From Candidatus Omnitrophota bacterium (GTDB lineage: Bacteria; Omnitrophota; Gorgyraeia; Zapsychrales; Fredricksoniimonadaceae), in the NCBI GenBank assembly GCA_903944345.1, contig CAJARJ010000011.1:3460-67459 (forward strand): 64,000 bases of DNA. The letters run 5' to 3'. The position numbers and the translations under genes were made by a program. Shown here one piece after another: positions 9,435-18,731 of this stretch (positions within the stretch are counted from its first letter, which is position 1; each line of letters starts with the position of its first letter). Below the pieces are notes generated by a model that worked only from the letters and a program-made list of their open reading frames with translations, was not told where the DNA came from and did no database searches.

Positions 9435-10460
9435 ACGAACTCTCTCTCCAATAAACTCAAAATAAGGAGAAAGCACATCCTCTTCAGGAAAAACCTCGGG
9501 AGCAATCCGAAAAAAAAGTTTTTTGAAATCCTCCAAATGATAATCCAGTATCGTCAAATCCGTATCATAACGACTGGAACGCACCTGATTGTGCATGCAA
9601 AAAAAATAACGAGCGCTTGAGAAAACCCGTGAACGAAAATAATATTCAAACCACTCCCGGGACATCTCCCCCAACGAAGAAATTCCGCTGAAAACATCAA
9701 CTGACCCTGTTTGCAGCCGCTCATAAAGAAACGGCGGCAACAGAATAAAATCATGCGCCAGAATAAAATCACGATCAATTGACTCCAGCGCTGCTATCGT
9801 CTGATAGGAAGCAATCTTCGCCTCCGGAAAATGTGTTTGCAAGTAATAATGCGCCAGCGCCAAAGGCTCGGGAAAGTCCAGCAACACCTGAGAACAACAA
9901 GGATTATCTCTTTTTATCAAGGCAGAGAAATATCCATAATTCCCTCCAACATCCATCAAGGTAAAATTCTCCTCCAGCCCTGGCAAAACATAATGCCGGA
10001 ATAGCAGCAAAAAATAGACCCGAATCAGCCATTTCTTTGTAAATGTATACCCGTTATAGAAAAACAATATCGGGCCTCCCACATCATCACAGGGATAGTC
10101 ACGCAAAAGATCAAGAACACCAACTCCTCCAAGACAGACCTCTTTGCAAGCCTTGTAAAGAAGCAAAAGCTCCTTGCGCTCCTGCGGCAATATTTTATCT
10201 GCATTACGAGATCCCAACGGATTATGCCGGGAAGGGATATCCGCAATAAATATCTCCAGATTGCGAAAATTTCTTACTGCCTCACGATTCAAAGTCCCGT
10301 CAGGAGAAACAAATTTATCTGCCCGGGGATAAACCTGGGCCTCCGATGTCCCACCAAGATAAAGTTCCGGCTGCGAGCAAAGAAATTCTTTTTGCATACG
10401 CAAATCCTGCTCAATAAGGCCAAACAGGAATTGCTCTCTGTTCGACAAAACCATACCCAT
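9432..10460 (-). CDS. Class I SAM-dependent methyltransferase (FkbM / sugar O-methyltransferase-like).
   Basis: Glycine-rich SAM motif LMDVGGNYGYFSALI. 342 aa. Embedded in the paralog array. Confidence 0.55.
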   Translation of the reverse strand: MGMVLSNREQFLFGLIEQDLRMQKEFLCSQPELYLGGTSEAQVYPRADKFVSPDGTLNREAVRNFRNLEIFIADIPSRHNPLGSRNADKILPQERKELLLLYKACKEVCLGGVGVLDLLRDYPCDDVGGPILFFYNGYTFTKKWLIRVYFLLLFRHYVLPGLEENFTLMDVGGNYGYFSALIKRDNPCCSQVLLDFPEPLALAHYYLQTHFPEAKIASYQTIAALESIDRDFILAHDFILLPPFLYERLQTGSVDVFSGISSLGEMSREWFEYYFRSRVFSSARYFFCMHNQVRSSRYDTDLTILDYHLEDFKKLFFRIAPEVFPEEDVLSPYFEFIGERVR

Positions 10461-10495
10461 CCTTTCCAGAAGTTATGACAAATTGGGATCCCAAA

Positions 10496-11437
10496 TCAAC
10501 GCCGCATCAGTCTTATTAACCAGAATAAAAACGGCCCGTAGCACAAAAGACAACCGATAAAAAGAAAAGGGGCAAAAGGAACACGAGACTTGATTTCCTT
10601 CATATGCTCGCTCAGTTCATTGACAATTTGTGAGAAAATGGTCAATGGAATCATGCGCAGCAAAAACCTTCCCGCAGCATCCGCCGAAAATATTGTATAC
10701 GAACTAAAGAACTGGAACAAAAGTCCCCCAAGGGCAAAAGTATAAACAAAACATTTAAAAAGCTTTCCGGAAGGATTCAGGGCAAATACCCCGCGATAAA
10801 TAAAGAAGATAATACAAATAACCAAAGGATTCCCCGAAGGTATCCTGAAGAAACCAAAAAGAGGGAAAATGGCCCATGAGATGACGGTTGTTATTTCAAA
10901 CGAATAAATCAGATTTTGTACTGTTTTTAACGAACACACCGCCCTGAAAATATCACGAAAATGAGAAACAACCCCGTCAAAAATCATCGGGAAAAGGAAA
11001 ACCATGCCCGCCAGGAATGTATTAATAAAATGCGCCAGACAAGGAAGCGGCGCTGACCTCTCATAAATATGGGAAGGCATAAGAAGGGCATACACCATAA
11101 AAAGCTTGGCATCCCCCGGTCTCCAGATATTGTTAACAAAAAGCAGAAAGGCCCCCAGCGCCGCTGCCGCAACATTTACAAGAAGAGGCACAGGCTCAAT
11201 GATATGCGCCATAACAGCCCAGACATGCAGAAAAATCCCGGCCAGGGAAGCAACAATAAGGTGAATATTCCTGATCTTGCGTTCCCGGATATCCGTAAAA
11301 GAAGTCATAGCCCCGGTTACAACAAGCAAAACCCAAAGAAGGGCCAAATAAATCCCGTATGGAGCTATTGTCATGAAAAGACCCTGGAAGATTATTTCAA
11401 ACCTACGTGCAACTGTTGAACTATATTGTCCGGCCAC
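10496..11437 (-). CDS. Polytopic membrane protein with an A24-family aspartic peptidase signature (prepilin peptidase / CpaA-TadV-like) and an extra C-terminal ~4-TM extension.
   Basis: TSFTDIRERKIRN after TM1 matches D-x-R-x-R-x-I-P-N (P replaced by R). WRPGDAKLF matches the GGGDVKL second-aspartate motif. About 8 predicted TM helices. No pilin or flp gene nearby. Confidence 0.45.
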   Translation of the reverse strand: MAGQYSSTVARRFEIIFQGLFMTIAPYGIYLALLWVLLVVTGAMTSFTDIRERKIRNIHLIVASLAGIFLHVWAVMAHIIEPVPLLVNVAAAALGAFLLFVNNIWRPGDAKLFMVYALLMPSHIYERSAPLPCLAHFINTFLAGMVFLFPMIFDGVVSHFRDIFRAVCSLKTVQNLIYSFEITTVISWAIFPLFGFFRIPSGNPLVICIIFFIYRGVFALNPSGKLFKCFVYTFALGGLLFQFFSSYTIFSADAAGRFLLRMIPLTIFSQIVNELSEHMKEIKSRVPFAPFLFIGCLLCYGPFLFWLIRLMRR

Positions 11438-11529
11438 AGGATGATCCGGAGTTCTATAAAAAATGAACGCGCGACAGGTCTATCATAATGCATCCTGTAC
11501 GCGCGTTCAATTATTCACTTGCCTAAAAA

Positions 11530-14274
11530 TCAGCGAAGAATACCGCTCTCCAACGGACGAATAAACTCGATTCGAACCTTCAAACCTTCCAGCCTGATTC
11601 CGGAGAAGTCCTGCTCTGACACCGGAAGAGGAATGCCTTCTCCATCACGCTGGATCTGCATATCAAGATGTTTCTGGGCCAGATCGATACCACCAACCTC
11701 ATCACTTCGGACAGGGATTGCAGATGCATCGGCGGCTGCCGCAGCAAACTCATTACGATAAGCCTCAACCCTGGCAATAACCCCATCAAGTTCATCAGCA
11801 CTCTCAATATCTCCTGCCGGAATATCAAAGTCGATCCACTGGGTGCGAGGAATATGTACCCCCAGATACAAACGCTCAGCATCAAGTCTCATGGTAAGAT
11901 CTGACGCTTGCTTACGGGCCAAGGCGAGAAAATCATCCATTAACTTTATTCGGGCTTCTCTAAGGGTACCGTCCAACAGGCGCGCCACGCCACCCCAACC
12001 CAAATCAGTCAACCGGGACAACGCAGGATTAAACAAAGTAACATCCATCAGCTTGCGATTCCGGTAACCGGACTGTGTCACGGCAATCTTGACAAATGTC
12101 ATCCCGCTATAAACTTCAACATCAAAAGCCGTCGCTTTGTAAGGGACAAGCGCAGGGAAAAATGCTTTTAAAAGCGACATCGTCACCCTTTGATCCGGAA
12201 CTATCCTGCCCTCGATGGAAAGCCGCTCCTGTCTGGTGATCTGGCTTGGCCAAACAAAAGTTTTTTCCTGCACAGCCTTAGAGGCAATCTTCTGACGGAA
12301 AGATTCGTCCGCAAGCAACTGATTAAGGTCTTGAACCAGATCTCCTGATTCGACAGGAGTAACATCCAGCTCTGTTTTCAAAACCTCCAGAAGCTCTGTC
12401 GGAGACATTCCTGCTTGCTGAAAGTCTTCCCACTGAAAAAGCGCCAATTCAGGATATATAACATTCTCCAAATGGAACATCTTGCGCCCCGGCGCAAGCA
12501 TCATCTCCTGATCAGCAGAAATAACCCCCGTCAAAGACTGAAGGATTTCCGGTTTCTCCATGGCAGCAACGCTGATTTCTGTCCTCTGGACAGAAGAATC
12601 CCCCTCGGCCAGCAGCTCTAACCCTCTGGTATGCTGCTCCAGCATTGCGAGCAAAGACTGCGGAGTCACCTCAGCACCCGCAGGAAAACGCACATCAAAG
12701 GCATTCCCGTCCTGCGGAACAACCCGAAGAACAGGAATATTGCTCTGCATTTCGATGGTATAGCGAACAGACCTGTCGTTATCCTTAAGCTGTTGCAACA
12801 ACGCCGCAAGCCTGTCAGTCTGCAGACGCAATACCATGGCACGCAAAAAACTGACCGTATCCGACCAGTTGGCTTTGGCGAGTTCCAGAAACCGGGACTG
12901 ATCAACGCCAAACAGTGTTACTTGCATAAGAGCATCGGAGTCCTTATCGGAGACAACAACCTTCAAATACGGCATCGCTCCTCCGCTACTGATACTTACA
13001 TTATAAATATCCCTGCCTTTGTTTATCTGATATGCAACCATATTTGTGCCGGCATAAGACTTGCGAACCGGATCCTTGCCGGAAAGAACTCCCATAACCC
13101 GGAATAAATCAAGATTATAAATCTGGTTCTCCCGTAACGAAATGCTGAATTGCGCATCATCCACAGCGGAAACCAGTGAAACACGCATATCTTCCAGGCC
13201 AGAAACCTGGGCTTCGTCTGCGGACGAAAGCGCAGAAACGCGCTTGGCCGAATCGATGGCCGCTGTTGCATTGGTCATACCCCCCGAGAAATACTTGCGG
13301 GGAACCGGCTGGGCACCATAACTATCCACATCATCCCGGATCACGTTGTAGGCCCCGGCACGAAACGCCTCCAGATATTTCTGATAAATTTCTTCATTAA
13401 CCCGGGGATCCTGGCGAATTCCGGCCAGTCTTGATTTATCGCCGTAAAGCGACGTCAGTATGCTTTCCCTGAGAGCCTGTTTGTACCATGCCGCCAGGAG
13501 CATCCCGCTGTAAACCTGTCTTAACACCGCAAAATCCTTGCCTTCATTTACTTCCTGTTCAAGCACAGGCAGAATCACTTCCCGCATAACCTCACGGCTT
13601 AACTGTGTCAATTCCGTGTTTGCCGGCTCAAGGACATCCCGGCCCTGTGCGGCAAGGTAATCTGATTCCAGCTGAACCTTCAGCCGGGATTCAAGCACAT
13701 ACACGGCACTGCCCTTCTCATACAACTTTACCGAGTCGGGCGTAATCCACACCCGGTTGAACACATCGGTCGGGATATCCGTTATGGCATACTGGCGGTA
13801 AGCCCGCTCGTAAATTTTTTCCCAGAATTTTTTACCCAGCTCGGTGGAAGGATTACTTAAAGAAGAAGCCGCCTGCTTGAGCAGGTAATCCTGTACCAGC
13901 AAATCACGCCCCATCTCGGTCTGACCAAAGTTGTCGGCAATAATGCGGTCTTTTTCGAAAGGAGAAAGGTTCACCCACTGATCCGTGTCGGGCACTGTGA
14001 CCGAAGCCAGAAAATATCTGATCAAACGGCTGTATTGCTCCTGTTTTTGCGCATCATCCAGGCTAACATCTCCGCTTTGAACAATAAAATCCAGTTTGAA
14101 GGGATCTTTGGCATCAATAACAATCCCTTTAAGAACCGCAGGGCGATCCGTCGGAATGATCATGCCGGGCGAAACAGCAGGCGTTCCTGTCAGCTGAGCA
14201 AAAGCCGCGGAAGGAAGAAAAGTTGTGGAAACAAAACATAACAAAACAAAACAGGCAACAATACGTCGTAACAT
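11530..14274 (-). CDS. Secreted protein (about 915 aa from the MLRRIV start), paralog C: signal peptide, shared N-terminal module, unique middle, shared C-terminal tag.
   Basis: ORF 11530-14340. The likely start at 14274 (MLRRIVACFVLLCFVSTTFLPSAAFAQ) is preceded by AAAAGGAC. N-terminal module is about 65% identical to the giant protein. C-terminal VGGIDLAQKHL...GLKVRIEFIRP. Confidence 0.75.
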   Translation of the reverse strand: MLRRIVACFVLLCFVSTTFLPSAAFAQLTGTPAVSPGMIIPTDRPAVLKGIVIDAKDPFKLDFIVQSGDVSLDDAQKQEQYSRLIRYFLASVTVPDTDQWVNLSPFEKDRIIADNFGQTEMGRDLLVQDYLLKQAASSLSNPSTELGKKFWEKIYERAYRQYAITDIPTDVFNRVWITPDSVKLYEKGSAVYVLESRLKVQLESDYLAAQGRDVLEPANTELTQLSREVMREVILPVLEQEVNEGKDFAVLRQVYSGMLLAAWYKQALRESILTSLYGDKSRLAGIRQDPRVNEEIYQKYLEAFRAGAYNVIRDDVDSYGAQPVPRKYFSGGMTNATAAIDSAKRVSALSSADEAQVSGLEDMRVSLVSAVDDAQFSISLRENQIYNLDLFRVMGVLSGKDPVRKSYAGTNMVAYQINKGRDIYNVSISSGGAMPYLKVVVSDKDSDALMQVTLFGVDQSRFLELAKANWSDTVSFLRAMVLRLQTDRLAALLQQLKDNDRSVRYTIEMQSNIPVLRVVPQDGNAFDVRFPAGAEVTPQSLLAMLEQHTRGLELLAEGDSSVQRTEISVAAMEKPEILQSLTGVISADQEMMLAPGRKMFHLENVIYPELALFQWEDFQQAGMSPTELLEVLKTELDVTPVESGDLVQDLNQLLADESFRQKIASKAVQEKTFVWPSQITRQERLSIEGRIVPDQRVTMSLLKAFFPALVPYKATAFDVEVYSGMTFVKIAVTQSGYRNRKLMDVTLFNPALSRLTDLGWGGVARLLDGTLREARIKLMDDFLALARKQASDLTMRLDAERLYLGVHIPRTQWIDFDIPAGDIESADELDGVIARVEAYRNEFAAAAADASAIPVRSDEVGGIDLAQKHLDMQIQRDGEGIPLPVSEQDFSGIRLEGLKVRIEFIRPLESGILR

Positions 14275-14487
14275 GAACAGTCCTTTTCTTACAGAGTAAA
14301 ATCCGCCCCTCGCGTGTCGGGCCCGGACCGGATTAAACAACCAGGACAGAGAAGCCGATAAAGACTCTCTGCTATTCTATAATTTATTTGATTCGAAAGA
14401 TTCTAGCAGAATTGTCATAAAAAGTCAATTATGGCAATAAATGCAAGTTTTTGCAAAAACACTGGTCAACGATGCTGCAGGTAAGGG

Positions 14488-17400
14488 TTAGTTTGGAGTC
14501 AAGCCCAAAACAACTGAAAGCCGCGCGACCGGAGTCACTTCAAGAATGACGGGAGAAAGCCCATAAAAATCGCCCCGGAAGGCGCTCTGCAAAGCATCAA
14601 AACTGAAGGAAACCCGGCCTGGGTTGCGCTGACCGGACAGGACGATATCCTTGATGTCAATACCGCCAACAGGCTCCTGCGCCTGGTCTACCCCGTCGGG
14701 AATAGCCTGAACAATGCCTCCCGGAAGAATACCGTATTCCATAAGAACACGGAACACTTCCGAAACACTCCAGGCCTGGGAAGGCGTCCCGCCCGCAGAA
14801 CGCTGGCCATTTTCCCTAGGTTCGGCATCATAAACTTCCGCAATCGACCCTGTTGCCAGGAAATCCCGCACCAGCGGATCAAGCACCGCCGAGATTTCTC
14901 TTTTTATATCTTCATCCGGCCTGTTTTGCGCGCGCAAAACCTTGGCCAAAGCATCAACATACCCACCAATAAGCCATGGCCAAACCGTCCCCTGATGATA
15001 CGCATAATCTTTATGCCAATGGAAATCAGGATGTCCGGGAGAAGGCTGAAAAGATGTGTCATAACGCGGCCTGTAATGGGAATCCCTGGGGTCCAGCGTA
15101 CGCAGCCCCTTGTCGGTAAGAAGCCTTCGAGTCACCGCATCCACGACCTGCTTTTGTCTTTCAAAAGAAAGCAAATCCTCACCATGACTGACCGCAAAAA
15201 TCATGTTGGGCCGCACGGCGCCACCATGTGAATCCCCCTCGATCACATCAAAAAGTAAATTCTCAGGCTCATCAACATCTGCAGAAACCGGACGATCATT
15301 CCAGAACTTCTTGTTAAAACTGCTCTTGACCTTGAGCAACAAAGCCTGCAGCCTTGAGGCTTCAACCTCAACATCTTCGATATTCATCGAAACTTTCATT
15401 TGCTCGGTCAATTGCCCGCCCACCTCCGAGAGAAGACGCACCAGATACCTGAGATTCGCATACCACAAAGCATTGATCTCGACAGCTTTTCCATTGCGCG
15501 GCGTGACCGGCCCCTGTGCATTCGGATCGGCATCCATCCAGGTGGCCTGTGATGGGCTAGAAATCAGGGCATCCGAGGGATCCATGTAAATGCGGTTATA
15601 ATTATTTGCAGGAAAAGCGTTAATATGTTTGGAACGGTCATATCCGACGCCTTTTTCGTAGGCCGTCAGAATAGCACGGACAACCGGAAACATTTCCAGG
15701 GCAAAAGCCTGATCCCCGGAGTATTCAACGTACTTTTTGACCGCCTGGATAAACCACATCGGGCCGTCAACAGTATTGTACTCGTTCCACTCCGGATGAC
15801 GGGAATCTGGAATACGGTTGGGGATCAGTCCGTCTTTCATGAATGAAGCAAAACTGCGAATGACCGCGCGCGCTTCTTCAAAACGCCCGGTTGCAAGCAG
15901 AATACCTGGCAAGGAAATGAAGGTATCCCTCCCCCACTGCTCCAGAAACCATTCACTGGGACGCCCCGCAGCCCATATCTCGACAACAGGCTTCCCATTG
16001 CGCTCGACGTGCTGGACAAAGGAGTCGGCGGTCATGGCCAGGACACCCCGAAGCGCCGCACGCACCTCGACTGAAGCCCCTTCCAGGCTGAAATACCCCC
16101 CCCGATGCAAATCAGGCAGAAGTTCATGCAAACGAAACAAATCCGAAGCCTTGAACCTTGTCCGCGAAAAATAATCCTGATCACCGGGCAAAGGAATACG
16201 GTAACGCCAGGTGGAGTGACCATCAGCTTCTTTTTTGAGCGGCTGCTTATCTCCGTGAATATCTCCCATGGCCAGCGCAAGAAAAGACGAACGGCCCGCA
16301 GTCAGGCTGTCCAGTTCACGCTTGGCAGTCTGAACCTTGCGAATAAACGCCACCGAATTTGCATGATAGTTACGCGGATCATCGTGAGTCGATATACGTT
16401 TGTAAAGACCGTCCATTGGCACAATGCCATGACGTTGTATATCATAAAATGTATTGTTGAAGGCCTCGGCAACAACAAAGGCCTGACGGTCATTAAAGAT
16501 CTTTGCAACCGCAGCCACAAGGGCGTCACCGGGTTCAGCCTCAAGATTATCCTGTCCGATATTATAAGCAAAATGCAAAGCATCAATCCTGGCGCCGTCG
16601 AAACCGAAGTCCAGCCAGAATTGCATCGGATCGGTGATCAACCTGAATTTGTCTTCTTTAAGTTTATCCCAATTCCACAACGCCAGATCACCCCATACCA
16701 CCGGAAGGAAAGACAAGCCCGGGCTTAACCCCTCCTCAAGCCCGCGAAAATATTCCGGAGAGGCTGTAATATCAACACTGTCTTTTCCGCGAAAGAACGG
16801 AATATCAAACAACAGCTTGCCGCCCTCGGCATGAACCTGATCAACTGCTTTCCTGAACTGACGAAAGGCAATCCACTGCCGGAAAAGATGCTGCTGGATA
16901 TTCGACTGCCTGTCACCCGACTCTCTTTCAGCTTTCCAGCGGGCAAAGGTTTGCAGCTTCACCGACAGATTCGGATCCGTTTGAGTCTTCTCCAAAAAAT
17001 CTTTGGCAAGCGAAGTATCCTTACCCAGATGCCTGGACGAAAAAAGCCTCCAGACCTGCAAGGACAAAGCGGCATTACGCTCCCGGACAGAAGGAAAATC
17101 GATCTCGGCAGAAGTCCCGGCAGGAGCTTCAAGGAGATCTTTGACGGAAGCAAGAATAGCCTGTGCATCCTGATCATCCTCGGACATTTCCCGTATAAAA
17201 AGTTCCCAGTCAACCAGATCTTCGTTTAGCGCATATAGATATTCGGGAGCATACGGACTTTCGTGACGAATAGAATAAAACGGCATCAGCTGCATTACAG
17301 AAACACCCTGCGGTATGGCGGTCTCACGATAATATAAGGGAATATCCGAGAATTTGCCAATTCCCGGATCGCCCTGTTGGCGACGCAAAGCCGAAACAGC

Positions 17401-18606
17401 CACTTCTTCAACAATATACTGCCTGTTTTCCTGCTTCCACCAGACAGGCGCTTCGGCTTTGGCAGACTGCGCAGGACTCGCCGCCCAGTCCACGGCAAAC
17501 ACCTGACCTTGTTCTGTTTGAGAAATTTGCGCAGCATCCGCACGCGTTACAGGGATCTGTCCAAACTGCATCCCACCGGCGAAATACTTCCTGGGAATAA
17601 CTTCTCCATCAGGCCCCGGTTCTTCCCGGATGAAATCAAAGATACCTTTTTTATACGCCTGGATATAACGCTGATAAATATCTTCCTTGACCCCCGGCTC
17701 CGGTGCAGTAACCCCCGCCACCTTGTTTTGTCCGGCGTATTTCCGGGCAACAAGGGTTTCCCGGATCTGCTCACGGTACCATTTGCCCAGGATAGCCGCA
17801 TGATAAATCTGCCTGGTCACGGCAAAATTTTTTCCTTCATTGACCTCTTTTTCGATAACCGGAAGGATCACAGAACGCATAATATCCCGAACCAGGGCTT
17901 CGTTAACATTCTCCTGCTGCTGATCGACATTCCCGGCAGAAGCGGTGCGGTCACGGTCAAGCATGACCTTGAGCCGGGCGCCGGTCACATAAACAAGATT
18001 ATCTTTTTCGTAAATTTCGGCCCGATCCGGCATGATCCATATCTTGTTAAAAACATCTACCGGGATATCAGTTGTTCCAAAACGGCTATGCGCCACAGAG
18101 TAGATTTCTTTCCAGAAAGACTTGCCCAGCCCCTTGTCGGGATACACCAGCGAAGCCGCCAGCTGTTTGAGCACATAATCCTGCGCCAGCATATCGCGGC
18201 CAAGAACAGTTTCACCCAGCTGTCCTTCGACAATCCGGTCTTTTTCAAACGGCGAGAGGTTAACCCACAACTGGTTTTCAGGAACGGTAACAACCGCCAA
18301 GAAATACCTGGCCATGCGCTGGCTTTGCTCTGCGATTTCCCCGCGGGCGGGAATTCCATTTCCCGAATCAACAATAAAACGAAAATCCAGCGGACGAGCG
18401 GGATCGACTATAAGCCCTCTGACTAAAGGAGGAACATAACTTTCGGAAACCGCCAGCATATCCCCCGGGCCAGGAAGGGCAGCAATAAAGCCCCCCTGCG
18501 TCCAGGCAACGGAAGAGTCAAATATGAAAAAAAGAAGAGTTACAGCAGCAACAGATTTCTTAAAAAACAGGCGCGGAGAGAATGAAAGTAGAAAAGAATC
18601 AAGCAT
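14488..18606 (-). CDS. Secreted 4-alpha-glucanotransferase (GH77-like) plus amylo-alpha-1,6-glucosidase (GDE C-terminal domain) fusion, preceded by the shared N-terminal module and ending in the shared C-terminal tag. Paralog D (about 1372 aa).
   Basis: ORF 14488-18642; probable start at the second ATG (18606, MLDSFLL...). Signal peptide KKSVAAVTLLFFIFDSSVAWTQ. GH77-like motifs ESPYAPEYLYALN, LLFDIPFFRGKDSVD, FDGARIDALHF. GDE motifs HQGTVWPWLIGGYVDA and GDSHGGAVRPNMIFAVSHG. C-terminal VGGIDIKD...GLSPVILEVTP. Confidence 0.75.
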   Translation of the reverse strand: MLDSFLLSFSPRLFFKKSVAAVTLLFFIFDSSVAWTQGGFIAALPGPGDMLAVSESYVPPLVRGLIVDPARPLDFRFIVDSGNGIPARGEIAEQSQRMARYFLAVVTVPENQLWVNLSPFEKDRIVEGQLGETVLGRDMLAQDYVLKQLAASLVYPDKGLGKSFWKEIYSVAHSRFGTTDIPVDVFNKIWIMPDRAEIYEKDNLVYVTGARLKVMLDRDRTASAGNVDQQQENVNEALVRDIMRSVILPVIEKEVNEGKNFAVTRQIYHAAILGKWYREQIRETLVARKYAGQNKVAGVTAPEPGVKEDIYQRYIQAYKKGIFDFIREEPGPDGEVIPRKYFAGGMQFGQIPVTRADAAQISQTEQGQVFAVDWAASPAQSAKAEAPVWWKQENRQYIVEEVAVSALRRQQGDPGIGKFSDIPLYYRETAIPQGVSVMQLMPFYSIRHESPYAPEYLYALNEDLVDWELFIREMSEDDQDAQAILASVKDLLEAPAGTSAEIDFPSVRERNAALSLQVWRLFSSRHLGKDTSLAKDFLEKTQTDPNLSVKLQTFARWKAERESGDRQSNIQQHLFRQWIAFRQFRKAVDQVHAEGGKLLFDIPFFRGKDSVDITASPEYFRGLEEGLSPGLSFLPVVWGDLALWNWDKLKEDKFRLITDPMQFWLDFGFDGARIDALHFAYNIGQDNLEAEPGDALVAAVAKIFNDRQAFVVAEAFNNTFYDIQRHGIVPMDGLYKRISTHDDPRNYHANSVAFIRKVQTAKRELDSLTAGRSSFLALAMGDIHGDKQPLKKEADGHSTWRYRIPLPGDQDYFSRTRFKASDLFRLHELLPDLHRGGYFSLEGASVEVRAALRGVLAMTADSFVQHVERNGKPVVEIWAAGRPSEWFLEQWGRDTFISLPGILLATGRFEEARAVIRSFASFMKDGLIPNRIPDSRHPEWNEYNTVDGPMWFIQAVKKYVEYSGDQAFALEMFPVVRAILTAYEKGVGYDRSKHINAFPANNYNRIYMDPSDALISSPSQATWMDADPNAQGPVTPRNGKAVEINALWYANLRYLVRLLSEVGGQLTEQMKVSMNIEDVEVEASRLQALLLKVKSSFNKKFWNDRPVSADVDEPENLLFDVIEGDSHGGAVRPNMIFAVSHGEDLLSFERQKQVVDAVTRRLLTDKGLRTLDPRDSHYRPRYDTSFQPSPGHPDFHWHKDYAYHQGTVWPWLIGGYVDALAKVLRAQNRPDEDIKREISAVLDPLVRDFLATGSIAEVYDAEPRENGQRSAGGTPSQAWSVSEVFRVLMEYGILPGGIVQAIPDGVDQAQEPVGGIDIKDIVLSGQRNPGRVSFSFDALQSAFRGDFYGLSPVILEVTPVARLSVVLGLTPN

Positions 18607-18731
18607 GTGTTTATTCTTTCGTTCTTTATCATCGTTTGGCATAATTAATTATTATATTGCAGTTAGAGTCATTTACATGCTTGCAATACAATACCTGACA
18701 CAAAAAAAAAGTCAAGCGCCTGCCACCTCAT

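Noticed and set aside
9378-9620. 80-aa plus-strand ORF MSRNNSVCHRLPNSVCHRL...
   Set aside because: Its N-terminus is just a translation of the tandem 21-bp motif repeats (NSVCHR x 2). It lies antisense to the methyltransferase 3' end. It is most likely a non-coding regulatory repeat.
17377-18426. 349-aa plus-strand ORF.
   Set aside because: It is entirely antisense to the well-supported GH77/GDE paralog gene and has low-complexity, Arg-rich composition typical of reverse-frame artefacts in GC-rich coding DNA.
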